Origin: Candidatus Woesearchaeota archaeon
GTDB lineage: Archaea; Nanobdellota; Nanobdellia; Pacearchaeales; GW2011-AR1
NCBI GenBank assembly: GCA_964653605.1
Contig: CAZZGW010000001.1
Span: 1-48,594 of the forward strand
Length of the DNA: 48,594 bases
Direction: 5' to 3'
Part shown: piece after piece, positions 31,529 to 41,657 of the stretch
How positions within the stretch are numbered: position 1 is the stretch's first letter
How the letters are laid out: every line of letters starts with the position of its first letter
The notes under the pieces: model-generated
Databases searched by the model: none
Seen by the model: the letters and a program-made list of their open reading frames with translations, nothing else
What the model was told of the DNA's origin: nothing
Program-made: the position numbers and the translations under genes

Positions 31529-32743
31529 ATGGAACTAGAAATTGATGAGATATTTGATTCATTTGATAAGAATAGGATTTTCAAAGATAAAAATATTTTG
31601 CAAGCAAACCACAAACCAAATGAAATTTTACATCGGGGAGATCAAATTAAACAGATTGCTTCTATACTTGCTCCTGTTCTTAGGGGGGAAAAGACAAGCA
31701 ATTTGTTTCTTTATGGTAAAACAGGAACCGGAAAAACATTATCTATCAATTATGTTCGAGATGAATTGATGAAGCGTCTGAAAAAAGACACAGATTTTAA
31801 ATTAAGAATAGAATATTTAAATTGCAAATTAAAGAAAGTTTCAGATACAGAATATAGGATTCTTGCTGAGCTTATTAAGAAGCTTGGGGGAGAGGTTCCT
31901 TCTACTGGTTTGCCAACTCAGGCTGTTTATTCAAAGTTCATAGAAACAATCGATTCCGAGAAACAATTGGTTGTATTAATCTTAGATGAAATTGATCAAA
32001 CGGTTAAAAAAATATCTAACGATTTTCTTTACAATCTTACAAGATTAAATTCAGAATTATCAAAAACACAACTATGTGTTGTGGGAATAAGTAATAATTT
32101 GACTTTTTTAGATGAGCTGGATCCAAGGGTTCGTAGTTCTTTGAGTGAAGAGGAGATTGTGTTTCCCCCCTATAACGCATTGCAACTTCAAGAGATTTTA
32201 AAGAATAGATCTTTAGAGGCTTTTAAAGAGGGGGTTGTCCAGGAGGGAGTAATTGCAAAATGTGCTGCTTTTGCGGCGAGGGAGCATGGAGATGCTCGTA
32301 GGGCATTGGATTTGCTGAGGATTGCGGGTGAACTAGCAGAAAGGGAGGGCGCTGATAAGATTCATTTGAAATTCATTGATGGGGCAAATAATAAAATAGA
32401 GCGGGATAAGATTCTGGATGTCATAACTTCAGAACCAAAACAATTTCAGCTTGTTTTGAAATCAATCATTGCCCTTTCAGAGAAAATAAAAAACGGGGAG
32501 CCTCTTTTTACAGGGGATGTATATAATCATTATCAAGACATTTGTTCTAATAATAATGTAGAAGTTTTAACTCAGAGGCGAGTATCTGATATCATTCAGG
32601 AGTTTGATATGCTTGGGATAATTAATGTGCGTGTTATTTCGAAGGGCCGTGGAGGAAGAATGAGGGAAATTAAATTAGCAATAAGTAAAGATATTATCAA
32701 GAAAGCCAAAGAGATTATTGAGCATTCTTTAGATTATGGGTGA
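31529..32743 (+). CDS. cdc6: Orc1/Cdc6 replication initiator
   Basis: LHRGDQIKQIASIL, Walker A LYGKTGTGKT, Walker B VLILDEID, sensor GDARRALDLLR, C-terminal wHTH. Confidence 0.95.
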   Translation: MELEIDEIFDSFDKNRIFKDKNILQANHKPNEILHRGDQIKQIASILAPVLRGEKTSNLFLYGKTGTGKTLSINYVRDELMKRLKKDTDFKLRIEYLNCKLKKVSDTEYRILAELIKKLGGEVPSTGLPTQAVYSKFIETIDSEKQLVVLILDEIDQTVKKISNDFLYNLTRLNSELSKTQLCVVGISNNLTFLDELDPRVRSSLSEEEIVFPPYNALQLQEILKNRSLEAFKEGVVQEGVIAKCAAFAAREHGDARRALDLLRIAGELAEREGADKIHLKFIDGANNKIERDKILDVITSEPKQFQLVLKSIIALSEKIKNGEPLFTGDVYNHYQDICSNNNVEVLTQRRVSDIIQEFDMLGIINVRVISKGRGGRMREIKLAISKDIIKKAKEIIEHSLDYG

Positions 32744-32748
32744 TTTGA

Positions 32749-34320
32749 ATGGAAAATGAATTGTTAAAATTCTTTTTTGAGAAGGGCCTTTTGGTTGATA
32801 AAGAGGTTTTAGATTTGTTTCAAGATGTGCACGATTCCGAGAGCATTAAGTTTATTATTGAAAAAATAAAAAATACCACAAATCAGAGTGTAATAACAAA
32901 AACAACTCTTAGTGAAAATAGGGAGAAAGTAAATAGGGTTTTTTTGGAACTCCCTCAAGAAAATCAAAAAAAGTTAGAAAGGTTTAAGATTAATTTGGGA
33001 TTGAGCATAGAAATTTCTAAAGAGGTTTTGGTTGGGAATGCAAATGTTTCCGGAGGAGTTTCTCCTGGAGAAGGCTTTGGGGGTGTTGTGAATGTAACAG
33101 AGAGACCAAGCGAGATTGTCAAGAAAATTGAGGTTAAAAATTTTGTAAATTACTTTAAAAATAGATTTATTTCTCTTAGGGGGATATTGCAGGAACATTC
33201 TGAGCTGAATAGTTTGGTTTCCATAAATAAAATTTCTGAGGGGGCACAAGGAATTTCTTTAATTGGGATGATCCGTTCTAAATCAGTAACTAAAAATAAA
33301 AATATTATCTTGGAGATAGAGGACTTAACCGGAAAAATAAAGGTTTTGATAAACCAGAATAAACCTGGGCTGTACAAATTAGCTGAAGAAATTACTTTGG
33401 ATGCTGTTTTGGGTTTTAAGGGGTCCGGAAATAAAGAGATTTTTTTTGTTAATGAGGTTGTTTTTCCAGAAGCAATGCTTCCTGAACGTAAAAGATCAAA
33501 TTTTGATGAGTCTGCCCTTTTTATTGGGGATTTGCATTATGGAAGTAAGAGGTTTTTGAAAGAGGGTTTTGAAAAGTTTATAGATTATCTGTCTGGGAAA
33601 GTTCCAGGCACAGAAAAAGAAGTGGAGAAGATAAGATATTTGTTTTTGACCGGAGATCTCGTTACAGGGGTTGGAAATTATCCAAACCAGGAGCCAGATT
33701 TGGAGATTGTTGATTTGGAGGAGCAGTTTTTGGGTTTAACAGAGTTTTTGAAAAGAATTCCAGAAAGAATAAAGATAATAATTTCCCCGGGAAATCATGA
33801 TTGTGTTAGGTTGATGGAGCCCCAACCTCTTCTTGATGAAAAATACGCTTGGCCCTTGTATGATCTCAAGAATGCGGTTTTAACTGAAAATCCGGGTAGG
33901 GTAAATATTGGGGGGAATAATTCTTTTGTTGGTTATGATGTTTTAACATACCATGGGTTTTCTTACTTTTTTTATGCGCGGGAAATTGTTCCTTTGATTG
34001 AGAAGAATGCGGTTAACTCTCCAGATGATATTATGAAATTTTTATTAAAAAATAGGCACCTTGCCCCTACCCACAAATCTACTCAGTATTTTCCTTTAGA
34101 GAAGGACCCCTTAGTCATAAGGAAGGTCCCAGATATCCTTGTTTCTTCACATACTCACAAGTGTGCAACAAGTTATTATAATAATGTTTTGGTCATTTCA
34201 ACTTCTTGTTGGGAGGCAATGACCCCCTACCAAGAAAAGTTTGGAAATGAACCAGACCATTGTAAGGTTCCCATGTTAAATTTAAAAACAAGAGCATTAA
34301 AAGTTCTTGACTTTGAGTAA
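32749..34320 (+). CDS. polB: DNA polymerase II (PolD) small subunit DP1
   Basis: OB-fold region plus calcineurin-like phosphoesterase motifs FIGDLHYGS, LTGDLV.G, SPGNHD, HTH. Adjacent to the DP2 and cdc6 genes. Confidence 0.9.
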   Translation: MENELLKFFFEKGLLVDKEVLDLFQDVHDSESIKFIIEKIKNTTNQSVITKTTLSENREKVNRVFLELPQENQKKLERFKINLGLSIEISKEVLVGNANVSGGVSPGEGFGGVVNVTERPSEIVKKIEVKNFVNYFKNRFISLRGILQEHSELNSLVSINKISEGAQGISLIGMIRSKSVTKNKNIILEIEDLTGKIKVLINQNKPGLYKLAEEITLDAVLGFKGSGNKEIFFVNEVVFPEAMLPERKRSNFDESALFIGDLHYGSKRFLKEGFEKFIDYLSGKVPGTEKEVEKIRYLFLTGDLVTGVGNYPNQEPDLEIVDLEEQFLGLTEFLKRIPERIKIIISPGNHDCVRLMEPQPLLDEKYAWPLYDLKNAVLTENPGRVNIGGNNSFVGYDVLTYHGFSYFFYAREIVPLIEKNAVNSPDDIMKFLLKNRHLAPTHKSTQYFPLEKDPLVIRKVPDILVSSHTHKCATSYYNNVLVISTSCWEAMTPYQEKFGNEPDHCKVPMLNLKTRALKVLDFE

Positions 34321-34321
34321 A

Positions 34322-34909
34322 ATGAAAATTGGAATAGATATAGACGACGTTGTTGTGGAATATATGAAGAGTTATTTGGAATTTCATAACAAAAAGAAAG
34401 GAACAAATTATATTTTGGAAGATTTTTTTAGTTATAGTGTGATGAAAGTAACTGGTTTGCCGCGGGAGGAGATAAAATCTCTTATTTTTGAGTTTGGGAA
34501 AACTGAAGAAATGGACAACTTGGCCTTTCTTCCTGGAGCAAAAGAAAGTATAATTTCTTTAGAGAACAACAATAAAATTTTTTTTATAACTTCTAGGCCA
34601 ATTAGTTCTAAGAAACAGACAAATTCTTTTTTTGATAAAAACTTTTCCAAAAATAATTTTGAGGTCCATTTTTCTGGTGAGAAATGGGGGATTCTTAAAA
34701 CAAAGGGGGAAATCTGCCTTGATCTTGGAATTGGTTTCATGGTGGAAGATAATGAAGATTATGCTTTGGAGTGTGCGGAAAAAGGAATTAAGACTTTTTT
34801 GATTGATAGGCCTTGGAATAAAAATAGCCCAGAACATAAAAATCTAAAAAAAGTTGGTGGTTGGGGCGAGTTAATTAATTTAATTGGGGAGGAAATTTAT
34901 GCAAACTAA
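34322..34909 (+). CDS. HAD-superfamily 5'(3')-deoxyribonucleotidase-like protein
   Basis: MKIGIDIDDVV (DxDx(T/V) motif I), ITSR (motif II), MVEDN (motif IV-like). ATG at 34322 preferred over 34307. Confidence 0.6.
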   Translation: MKIGIDIDDVVVEYMKSYLEFHNKKKGTNYILEDFFSYSVMKVTGLPREEIKSLIFEFGKTEEMDNLAFLPGAKESIISLENNNKIFFITSRPISSKKQTNSFFDKNFSKNNFEVHFSGEKWGILKTKGEICLDLGIGFMVEDNEDYALECAEKGIKTFLIDRPWNKNSPEHKNLKKVGGWGELINLIGEEIYAN

Positions 34910-37900
34910 ACAATATTTTGAAGATTTGAAAAGAGATGTTGATAAAGTATATGCTATGGCAAACGAAGCAAGGGCCAAGGGGTTGGATCCAAAGCCGGAA
35001 GTTGAAATTCCTTTAGCAATGAGCATGGCAGAAAAAGTTGTTGGGTTAATTAGCACAATTTATCCCCAAATGAAGGGGTCTGGAATTGCTAAAGGAATTT
35101 TGGAGTTAGAAGAAAAATATGGAAAATTAGACTCGACAATTATTTTTCAGATTGCTGATGAAGTGGCGCACCAGAAATTTTGTAAATTTGAAAATACTCT
35201 TGAAGCAATAGATGCTGGGATAAGGGTTGGTTTTTGTTATATTACTCTTGGGGTTGTTTCTAGTCCTATCGAAGGATATACCGGGATAAAAACTCGTTTA
35301 ACCCGAGAGGGAAAAGAATATTTGGAGGCTAGTTTTTCTGGGCCAATTAGAAGCGCAGGAACAACTGCTAGTTGTATGGTCTTGATGCTTGTAGATTATC
35401 TTCGGGAAAGGTTTGGTTACGCAAAATATGACCCTACAGAGGAGGAAATTAAGAGGGTTTGGGCAGAATTGGAACATTTTAATGATCGTATTACTAATTT
35501 GCAGTATATGCCTTTGGAAGAAGAAGCCTTATTTTTGGCAAGACACATGCCAATCCAGGTTGCAGGGGATCCTTCTGAAAAGTTGGAGGTCCCTAATTAT
35601 AAAAATCTTGACAGGGTGGATACAGATTTTTTGAGGAGTGGGTTTTGTTTAATTATGGCTGAAGGTCTTGCTCAAAAAGCCAAGAAAGGTTTTAGATTAC
35701 TTAATAATGCTAAGAAAAATGGGATTAATTGTAATGGTTTTGATTGGTTAGGAGATTATATAGTTTTACATGAAAGGTTAACCTCCGCAGCAGGAAATGA
35801 GGAAAAGGATAGTGTTCCTACCTACATTAAAGATATGGTTGCTGGGAGACCTGTTTTTGGTCATCCTTCTGAATCTGGTAGTTTGAGGGTTAGATATGGT
35901 AGGGGGAGAAATTCTGGATTTAGTGCTTCTTCCGTTCATCCTGCAACGATGACTGTTAGCGATGGTTTTATTGCAATAGGAACCCAATTAAAAATAGAAA
36001 AACCAACAAAGGGTTGCGCAATAACTTCTTGTGATACTATTGATGGCCCAATTGTTAAATTAAAAAATGGAAGTGTCAGAAAACTTCAAACTGCAGAAGA
36101 GGGTAAAAAACTTTACAAAGATATTGAAGAAATTATTTATTTTGGAGATTTCCTTTTCCCTTTTAGCGATTTTTTAAATAGAAATGCTAATTTGAGTAAA
36201 CCCGGATATGTAGAGGAGTGGTGGAAATTAGATTTAAGGGAAAAATCAAAAGAGCGTGGAGATATGGAAGTTGGAATAAATCCCTACAGGGTTAGTTTTG
36301 AAAAAGCAATAGAGTTCTCTGAAAAATATAAAGTTCCATTGCACCCAGAATTCATTTATTACTGGAATCAGGTTTCTAGAAAAAGTTTTGAAGGGCTTTT
36401 AGGTTGGTTAAGGTATTCTTGGGTTGAAGGGAAGATTATTTTTCCATATAATAAAACTGAACAGGAGAAATTTGAATTGGGCAAGAGAACCTTGGAGTTG
36501 TTGGGAATAGAACACGAGGTGACAATTGAGAATGTTGTTTTAGGAAAAGAAGATAGTAAGGCTATTTTATTGAGTCTTGGATTGGATTATGGAATTGTGG
36601 AAAAGGGGGAAAGAATTTTGCTAAAGGATTATATTGATTGTCTTGGGTTTAGTGCTAGTGAGGATGTTTTGGATATGGTTAATTCTGTTTGTAAATTTAA
36701 GATAAAGGATAAGGCAGGAGATTTTATTGGAACGAGGATGGGAAGGCCAGAGAAGGGGAAATTAAGAAAATTAACTGGGAGTCCTAATGTTTTATTTCCT
36801 GTGGGTAATGAAGGTGGAAGATTAAGGAGTGTTCAGGCTGCATGTGAAGTAGGGAAAGTAAGGAGCACATTCCCTTTATTTTATTGTAAAAAGTGTAGGA
36901 GAGAGACAATTTATCCTGCTTGTGAAGTTTGTCATGAAAAATCAACGCAGATGTATTATTTTTATGAAACTAAAGAGAAATCTTTTAAGAGACAAGAAGA
37001 GCATTTAGAAAAAGATGGAACACCTTATATGACAACTAATTTAGATATTGTTCATTATTATAAGAAAGCTCTTGATAGGTTGAAAATGAAGAAGGAGGAT
37101 ATACCTCCCTTAATAAAAGGAGTAAGGGGAACTAGCTCGGGAAATAGGGTAATGGAAAATCTTGCAAAAGGATTCTTAAGGGCAAAATATGATTTGCAAG
37201 TTAATAAGGATGGAACAATAAGATTTGATGCTACAGAATTGCCTTTGGTTCATTTTAAACCAAAAGAAATTTATGTTGGCATTGAAAAACTCAAGGAAAT
37301 TGGGTATGATAAGGATATTTTTGGAAAGCCCTTGGAAAAGGTAGACCAAATTTTAGAATTGATGCCCCATGATCTTTTGCTTCCCGCCTGTCCGGATTCT
37401 CCTGACGAAAAAGCAGATGATGTTTTTATAAAAATAACAAAGTTTATTGATGAAGAATTAGAAAAATTTTATGAGTCAAAAAAATTCTACAATGTTAAAA
37501 ATAAAGAAGATCTTGTTGGCAAGTTGGGCGTTTGTATGGCGCCACATAATTGTGCGGGGGTTGTTTGTAGATTTATAGGTTTTTCAGATTCTCAAGGATT
37601 AGTTGCTAGCCCGTATATGCATGCGGCAATTAGGAGAGATTGTGATGGGGATGAGGCAGCAATTATGTTGCTTGGAGATGTTTTACTTAATTTTTCAAGA
37701 GAGTTTTTGCCAAGCCACAGGGGAGGAACCCAGGATGCCCCACTTGTTTTAAATGCAAAGATTGATGCGGGAGAAGTTGATGATCAGATTCTTGATTTGG
37801 AAATGTGTTGCGAATATCCCTTGGAATTATATCAATTAGCAGAGCAAAGAAAACATTCTTCAGAGGTTAAGGGCATTCATTTGGTTAAGGATGCTCTTAG

Positions 37901-38393
37901 GGAAGGGGAGGATCCTTTTAGAGGAATTGGATTTACACATGGAACTAAAAATATTAATGATGGGGTTTTGTGTTCTTCCTATAAATTATTGGGGTCTATG
38001 CAAGAGAAAGTTGATCATCAAATGGCTCTTGTGGAAAAGATTCGGGCGGTGGATACTTCGGATACAGCAAGGTTAATTATTGAAAGACATTTTATGAGAG
38101 ATATAAGGGGTAATTTAAGGAAATTTTCTCAACAGGACTTTAGGTGTGTAGGATGTAACTATATCATGAGAAGGCCCCCCTTGAAGGGGGTTTGCCCGAT
38201 GTGTGGGGGAAAGATAATTTTTACAATTCATGAAGGGGGAATTAAGAAATATTTGGAGCCATCCCTTGCCCTGGCTAAGAAATATAATTTAAGTCCCTAT
38301 TTACAACAGAGTTTATTTTTAGTTAAGGGTTATATTGATAGTATTTTTGGGAAAGAACTTGAGAAGCAAACAGGATTGGGAGATTATTTCTAA
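34899..38393 (+). CDS. polC: DNA polymerase II (PolD) large subunit DP2
   Basis: ~1165 aa. SGPIRSAGTTA, GRPVFGHPS, GTRMGRPEK, RRDCDGDEAA, C-terminal Zn clusters CVGCN...CPMCGG. ATG at 34899 has GGGGAGG 6 nt upstream. Confidence 0.95.
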   Translation: MQTKQYFEDLKRDVDKVYAMANEARAKGLDPKPEVEIPLAMSMAEKVVGLISTIYPQMKGSGIAKGILELEEKYGKLDSTIIFQIADEVAHQKFCKFENTLEAIDAGIRVGFCYITLGVVSSPIEGYTGIKTRLTREGKEYLEASFSGPIRSAGTTASCMVLMLVDYLRERFGYAKYDPTEEEIKRVWAELEHFNDRITNLQYMPLEEEALFLARHMPIQVAGDPSEKLEVPNYKNLDRVDTDFLRSGFCLIMAEGLAQKAKKGFRLLNNAKKNGINCNGFDWLGDYIVLHERLTSAAGNEEKDSVPTYIKDMVAGRPVFGHPSESGSLRVRYGRGRNSGFSASSVHPATMTVSDGFIAIGTQLKIEKPTKGCAITSCDTIDGPIVKLKNGSVRKLQTAEEGKKLYKDIEEIIYFGDFLFPFSDFLNRNANLSKPGYVEEWWKLDLREKSKERGDMEVGINPYRVSFEKAIEFSEKYKVPLHPEFIYYWNQVSRKSFEGLLGWLRYSWVEGKIIFPYNKTEQEKFELGKRTLELLGIEHEVTIENVVLGKEDSKAILLSLGLDYGIVEKGERILLKDYIDCLGFSASEDVLDMVNSVCKFKIKDKAGDFIGTRMGRPEKGKLRKLTGSPNVLFPVGNEGGRLRSVQAACEVGKVRSTFPLFYCKKCRRETIYPACEVCHEKSTQMYYFYETKEKSFKRQEEHLEKDGTPYMTTNLDIVHYYKKALDRLKMKKEDIPPLIKGVRGTSSGNRVMENLAKGFLRAKYDLQVNKDGTIRFDATELPLVHFKPKEIYVGIEKLKEIGYDKDIFGKPLEKVDQILELMPHDLLLPACPDSPDEKADDVFIKITKFIDEELEKFYESKKFYNVKNKEDLVGKLGVCMAPHNCAGVVCRFIGFSDSQGLVASPYMHAAIRRDCDGDEAAIMLLGDVLLNFSREFLPSHRGGTQDAPLVLNAKIDAGEVDDQILDLEMCCEYPLELYQLAEQRKHSSEVKGIHLVKDALREGEDPFRGIGFTHGTKNINDGVLCSSYKLLGSMQEKVDHQMALVEKIRAVDTSDTARLIIERHFMRDIRGNLRKFSQQDFRCVGCNYIMRRPPLKGVCPMCGGKIIFTIHEGGIKKYLEPSLALAKKYNLSPYLQQSLFLVKGYIDSIFGKELEKQTGLGDYF

Positions 38394-39583
38394 AATAAAT
38401 AAAAAATAATAACTGGAATTAATAGGCAACCCATCATATTTGTTCTACGCACATTTAACGAAATACAATATAATCCTACCCCTGTGGAGATTAGGAAAAT
38501 AAGAAATCCTAGAAACTTTGAAACGATTAGGATAATTATTCCAAGAAAGATGATGGTTCCAATTGATATTTTTGTGTAGTTTATCTTTTGGATTCTTTTA
38601 ATAAAGAATTTTGAAATGTTTTTTGCTAGGAAGAAAGAAATTATTCCTGAGATTAAAACGCAGATTAGTATTAGGATTAAAATGTTTATTGAGATATTTG
38701 GGAGAAGTTCATTTATTGCTGCTGCTGCACCTGTTCTTGTTTTTGAAAATAAATAAAGTGTTATGAATGAAAAACCCATAACTAAAGTATTTGTTGCTCC
38801 CAGGAGAATTAGGAAATCTTTTCTATCTCCGTTTTTATTTACAAGGGTATTTCCAATTATTGCTGCTTGACCAGAACCAAGGCCAGGGAGAAAACTGCAA
38901 AGAGGAGCAGAAATTACTGAGCCAAGCAAAGGCCTAAATAGTTTTACTCTTGGTCGGGATATTTTTTGTTCTGGCACTTTTGTTTTGTTTTTTATGCTAA
39001 GTAGAAGCATGGATGAACCAAATAATCCGGTTAGCATTGGGAGAAGAGGTTCTTTTAAAATTTCTAGGTTTAACACACATAATCCCAACGCCCCTGTGAG
39101 GAGGAACGCAAGAAGGGCCTTTCCTTTTTTCTTTTCAAGATTTATTAATAAAATTGAAATTAAAATTAGAAGATAGGGGAGAATTGTTCTAACAGGTTCA
39201 TAGAGTTTTGTTATTAGAAATCCAAAGGGCAAGGCAATGATCATCAGTAGAATAATTGCTGCAAGGCTTCCATAAAGCGTTAAAAGTATCGCCTGATATC
39301 CTTGCCCTTCTTTGAGAAGTTCATGCCCGGGTAAGGTGGAAAGTTCGGTGTCCGTGTCTGGACATCCCAATAAGATGGAAGGAATAAAATCGAGAAAAGT
39401 GTGTGTTATCGCCATTGCTGCAATAAAGATTACTAAATAAATTGGAGAAATTGAATAAAACAGAATTCCAGAGAATGCCACGAGAAATGAACCAATTAAA
39501 TTTATATGAATTCCGGGAATCAGGCCAGTGATTGTTCCCGCTATTAGGCCCATCAATATTGCTAGTATTATTTGTATTAGCAT
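38390..39583 (-). CDS. Polytopic membrane protein, DUF112/TctA-like
   Basis: 397 aa, about 10 TM. GLIPGIHINLIG and LPGLGSGQAAI resemble TctA/DUF112 repeats. Confidence 0.5.
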   Translation of the reverse strand: MLIQIILAILMGLIAGTITGLIPGIHINLIGSFLVAFSGILFYSISPIYLVIFIAAMAITHTFLDFIPSILLGCPDTDTELSTLPGHELLKEGQGYQAILLTLYGSLAAIILLMIIALPFGFLITKLYEPVRTILPYLLILISILLINLEKKKGKALLAFLLTGALGLCVLNLEILKEPLLPMLTGLFGSSMLLLSIKNKTKVPEQKISRPRVKLFRPLLGSVISAPLCSFLPGLGSGQAAIIGNTLVNKNGDRKDFLILLGATNTLVMGFSFITLYLFSKTRTGAAAAINELLPNISINILILILICVLISGIISFFLAKNISKFFIKRIQKINYTKISIGTIIFLGIIILIVSKFLGFLIFLISTGVGLYCISLNVRRTNMMGCLLIPVIIFYLF

Positions 39584-39632
39584 TTTGGTTGATATCGGAA
39601 AGGTTTAATAATTAAAATATGTTGGGATTTTC

Positions 39633-40709
39633 ATGAAAGCTGAAGAGAGATTTAATTTGATTAAACAAGTTGGAGAAGGTGGTGAGATAATTGGAGAAGA
39701 TGAATTAAAGGAAATGATTAAGTCTAAGAAACAGTTAGTTGCTTATGATGGGTTTGAGCCTTCTGGTTTAGCACACATTCCTTTTGGGTTGCTTAGAGCA
39801 GAAAATATTAAATTAATGTTAAAGGCAGGAGTGAAATTTAAGTTATATCTAGCAGATTATTTTGCATTGATAAACAATAAGCTTGGAGGGGATTTAAAGA
39901 GAATCCAAAGAGCTGGAGAATATTTTATAGAAGTGTGGAAAGCTTGTGGGGTAGATACTTCGAAAGTAGAAATTATTTGGGCTTCAGAAAGAATGGATAA
40001 TTTAGAATATTGGGATAGGGTTTTAAGAATTGCAAAAGAAACCACGCTAAATAGAAGCATAAGAGCAACAACAATTATGGGCAGAAAAGATGGGGAATTG
40101 CAATCTACAGCACAATTATTTTATCCTAGTATGCAAGTTTCAGATATTTTTGAGTTGGATGTGGATATCTGTCAATTAGGTTTAGATCAAAGAAGAGCAA
40201 ATGTTCTTGGAAGGGAAATATCAAACAAATTAAAATGGAAAAAACCAGTTGTTGTTTCTCACCATATGATTCTTGGTCTTCAAGGAATTCAAAAAGGAAA
40301 GGATAAAGAGGAAATTCTTTTAGAAAGTAAGATGAGCAAAAGTAAACCTGAAACTTGCATTTATATGCATGATTCTAAAAAGGATATTGAAAGAAAAATA
40401 AACAAGGCTTTTTGTCCTGAAAAAGTTCTTGAAGGAAACCCTTTATTTGATTATTTGAAATATCTTATTTTCAAAAGATATGATAAATTAAAAATTTCAA
40501 GACTAGACAAATTTGGAGGGGATTTGGAAGTGGATTATGATGAATTAGAGGATATTTATAAAAAAGGAAAATTACATCCTTTGGATTTGAAAAAAACAGT
40601 TTCTTTTTACCTTGATGAAATGATTAAACCAGTAAGAGAATACTTTGAGAAAAACAAAAAAGCAAAAGCACTTTATGAAGAAGTTAAAGAATATTCTATA
40701 ACTAGATAA
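39633..40709 (+). CDS. tyrS: Tyrosine--tRNA ligase (archaeal type)
   Basis: AYDGFEPSGLAHI (HIGH-equivalent), YPSMQVSDIF, KMSKSKP, KFGGDLEVDYDELEDIYKKGKLHPLDLK. Parallels M. jannaschii TyrRS throughout. Confidence 0.9.
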   Translation: MKAEERFNLIKQVGEGGEIIGEDELKEMIKSKKQLVAYDGFEPSGLAHIPFGLLRAENIKLMLKAGVKFKLYLADYFALINNKLGGDLKRIQRAGEYFIEVWKACGVDTSKVEIIWASERMDNLEYWDRVLRIAKETTLNRSIRATTIMGRKDGELQSTAQLFYPSMQVSDIFELDVDICQLGLDQRRANVLGREISNKLKWKKPVVVSHHMILGLQGIQKGKDKEEILLESKMSKSKPETCIYMHDSKKDIERKINKAFCPEKVLEGNPLFDYLKYLIFKRYDKLKISRLDKFGGDLEVDYDELEDIYKKGKLHPLDLKKTVSFYLDEMIKPVREYFEKNKKAKALYEEVKEYSITR

Positions 40710-41624
40710 TCACTTCGTCTTAAATTCCACAACATCTAAATCTTTAACCTTGTGTCTCATTCCAACTATTTGTCCTGGGAATTTTGATGATGGGCCCCAG
40801 ATTCTTATTTGTTTTATCCTTTGAGAAAATCCTTTCAGAATTTTTTCAGCAGCGTCTTTAACAGTTTCTCCTGGTTCAAGGATCATGGGCCTTTTTTTGT
40901 CTAAGTTTTTTCCTGGTTCTTTTGTGTATATTCGTAGTTTTTTGAAGCTTTTAAATAATTTATCTTTGAGTTCTTCAATGTTTTCTTTTGTTTTTGTTGA
41001 GATTATCACAAATTCATAATTTCTATATTTGGATTTTAAGTTAGCACGTAGTTTTCTTTTTTCGTTTTCAGAAAGTAGATCGATTTTATTTATGATGATT
41101 ATTTTTTTTCCATTTGTTCTCAAAATGCTTAGAAGATCTTTTAGGTCTTCTAGGGAATTTATGAGGATTAAAACGGTATCCGCTGTGTAAACAATCCCTT
41201 TGTCGTAAAACTCTGAATCTGTTGCTGGAATTTCAACTAATTGGATGCTTGTGGTAGCATAACCCATCATCCCTATGCTTGGTTTTTTTGTTGTGAATTT
41301 GTTTTCAGATATTTTTGGAGAGGCATTAGTTAGAATTTTTAATAGGGAAGATTTTCCAGAGTTTGTTTTTCCAATAATTACTGCTTGCATGTCTTCTTTT
41401 CTAATTCCAATTTTTGAAGATTTGCTTGCCTTTTTTTGCTTTTCTTGTTGATCTTGGAATTTTTTTAAACGTGTTTTTAATTGGGCTCTAAGGTTTTCAG
41501 CTCCTTTGTGGCCTGGAGCTAGAGAAATCATTTTTTTCAATTTTTCAATTTTCTCTTCTGGTGTTTCTGCTCTTAGATATTCTGCTTCAGCAGCAACATA
41601 ATCTGGATGTGCATTTATTGGCAT
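40710..41624 (-). CDS. DRG/Obg-like GTP-binding protein with C-terminal TGS domain
   Basis: G1 IIGKTNSGKSSLL, NKID (G4), TGS-like RIYTKEPGK...PMILEPGETVKDAAEKI...VGMRHKVKDLDVVEF. Confidence 0.75.
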   Translation of the reverse strand: MPINAHPDYVAAEAEYLRAETPEEKIEKLKKMISLAPGHKGAENLRAQLKTRLKKFQDQQEKQKKASKSSKIGIRKEDMQAVIIGKTNSGKSSLLKILTNASPKISENKFTTKKPSIGMMGYATTSIQLVEIPATDSEFYDKGIVYTADTVLILINSLEDLKDLLSILRTNGKKIIIINKIDLLSENEKRKLRANLKSKYRNYEFVIISTKTKENIEELKDKLFKSFKKLRIYTKEPGKNLDKKRPMILEPGETVKDAAEKILKGFSQRIKQIRIWGPSSKFPGQIVGMRHKVKDLDVVEFKTK

Positions 41625-41657
41625 AATTTATTAAGTTAAATTGTATTTAATAAAATT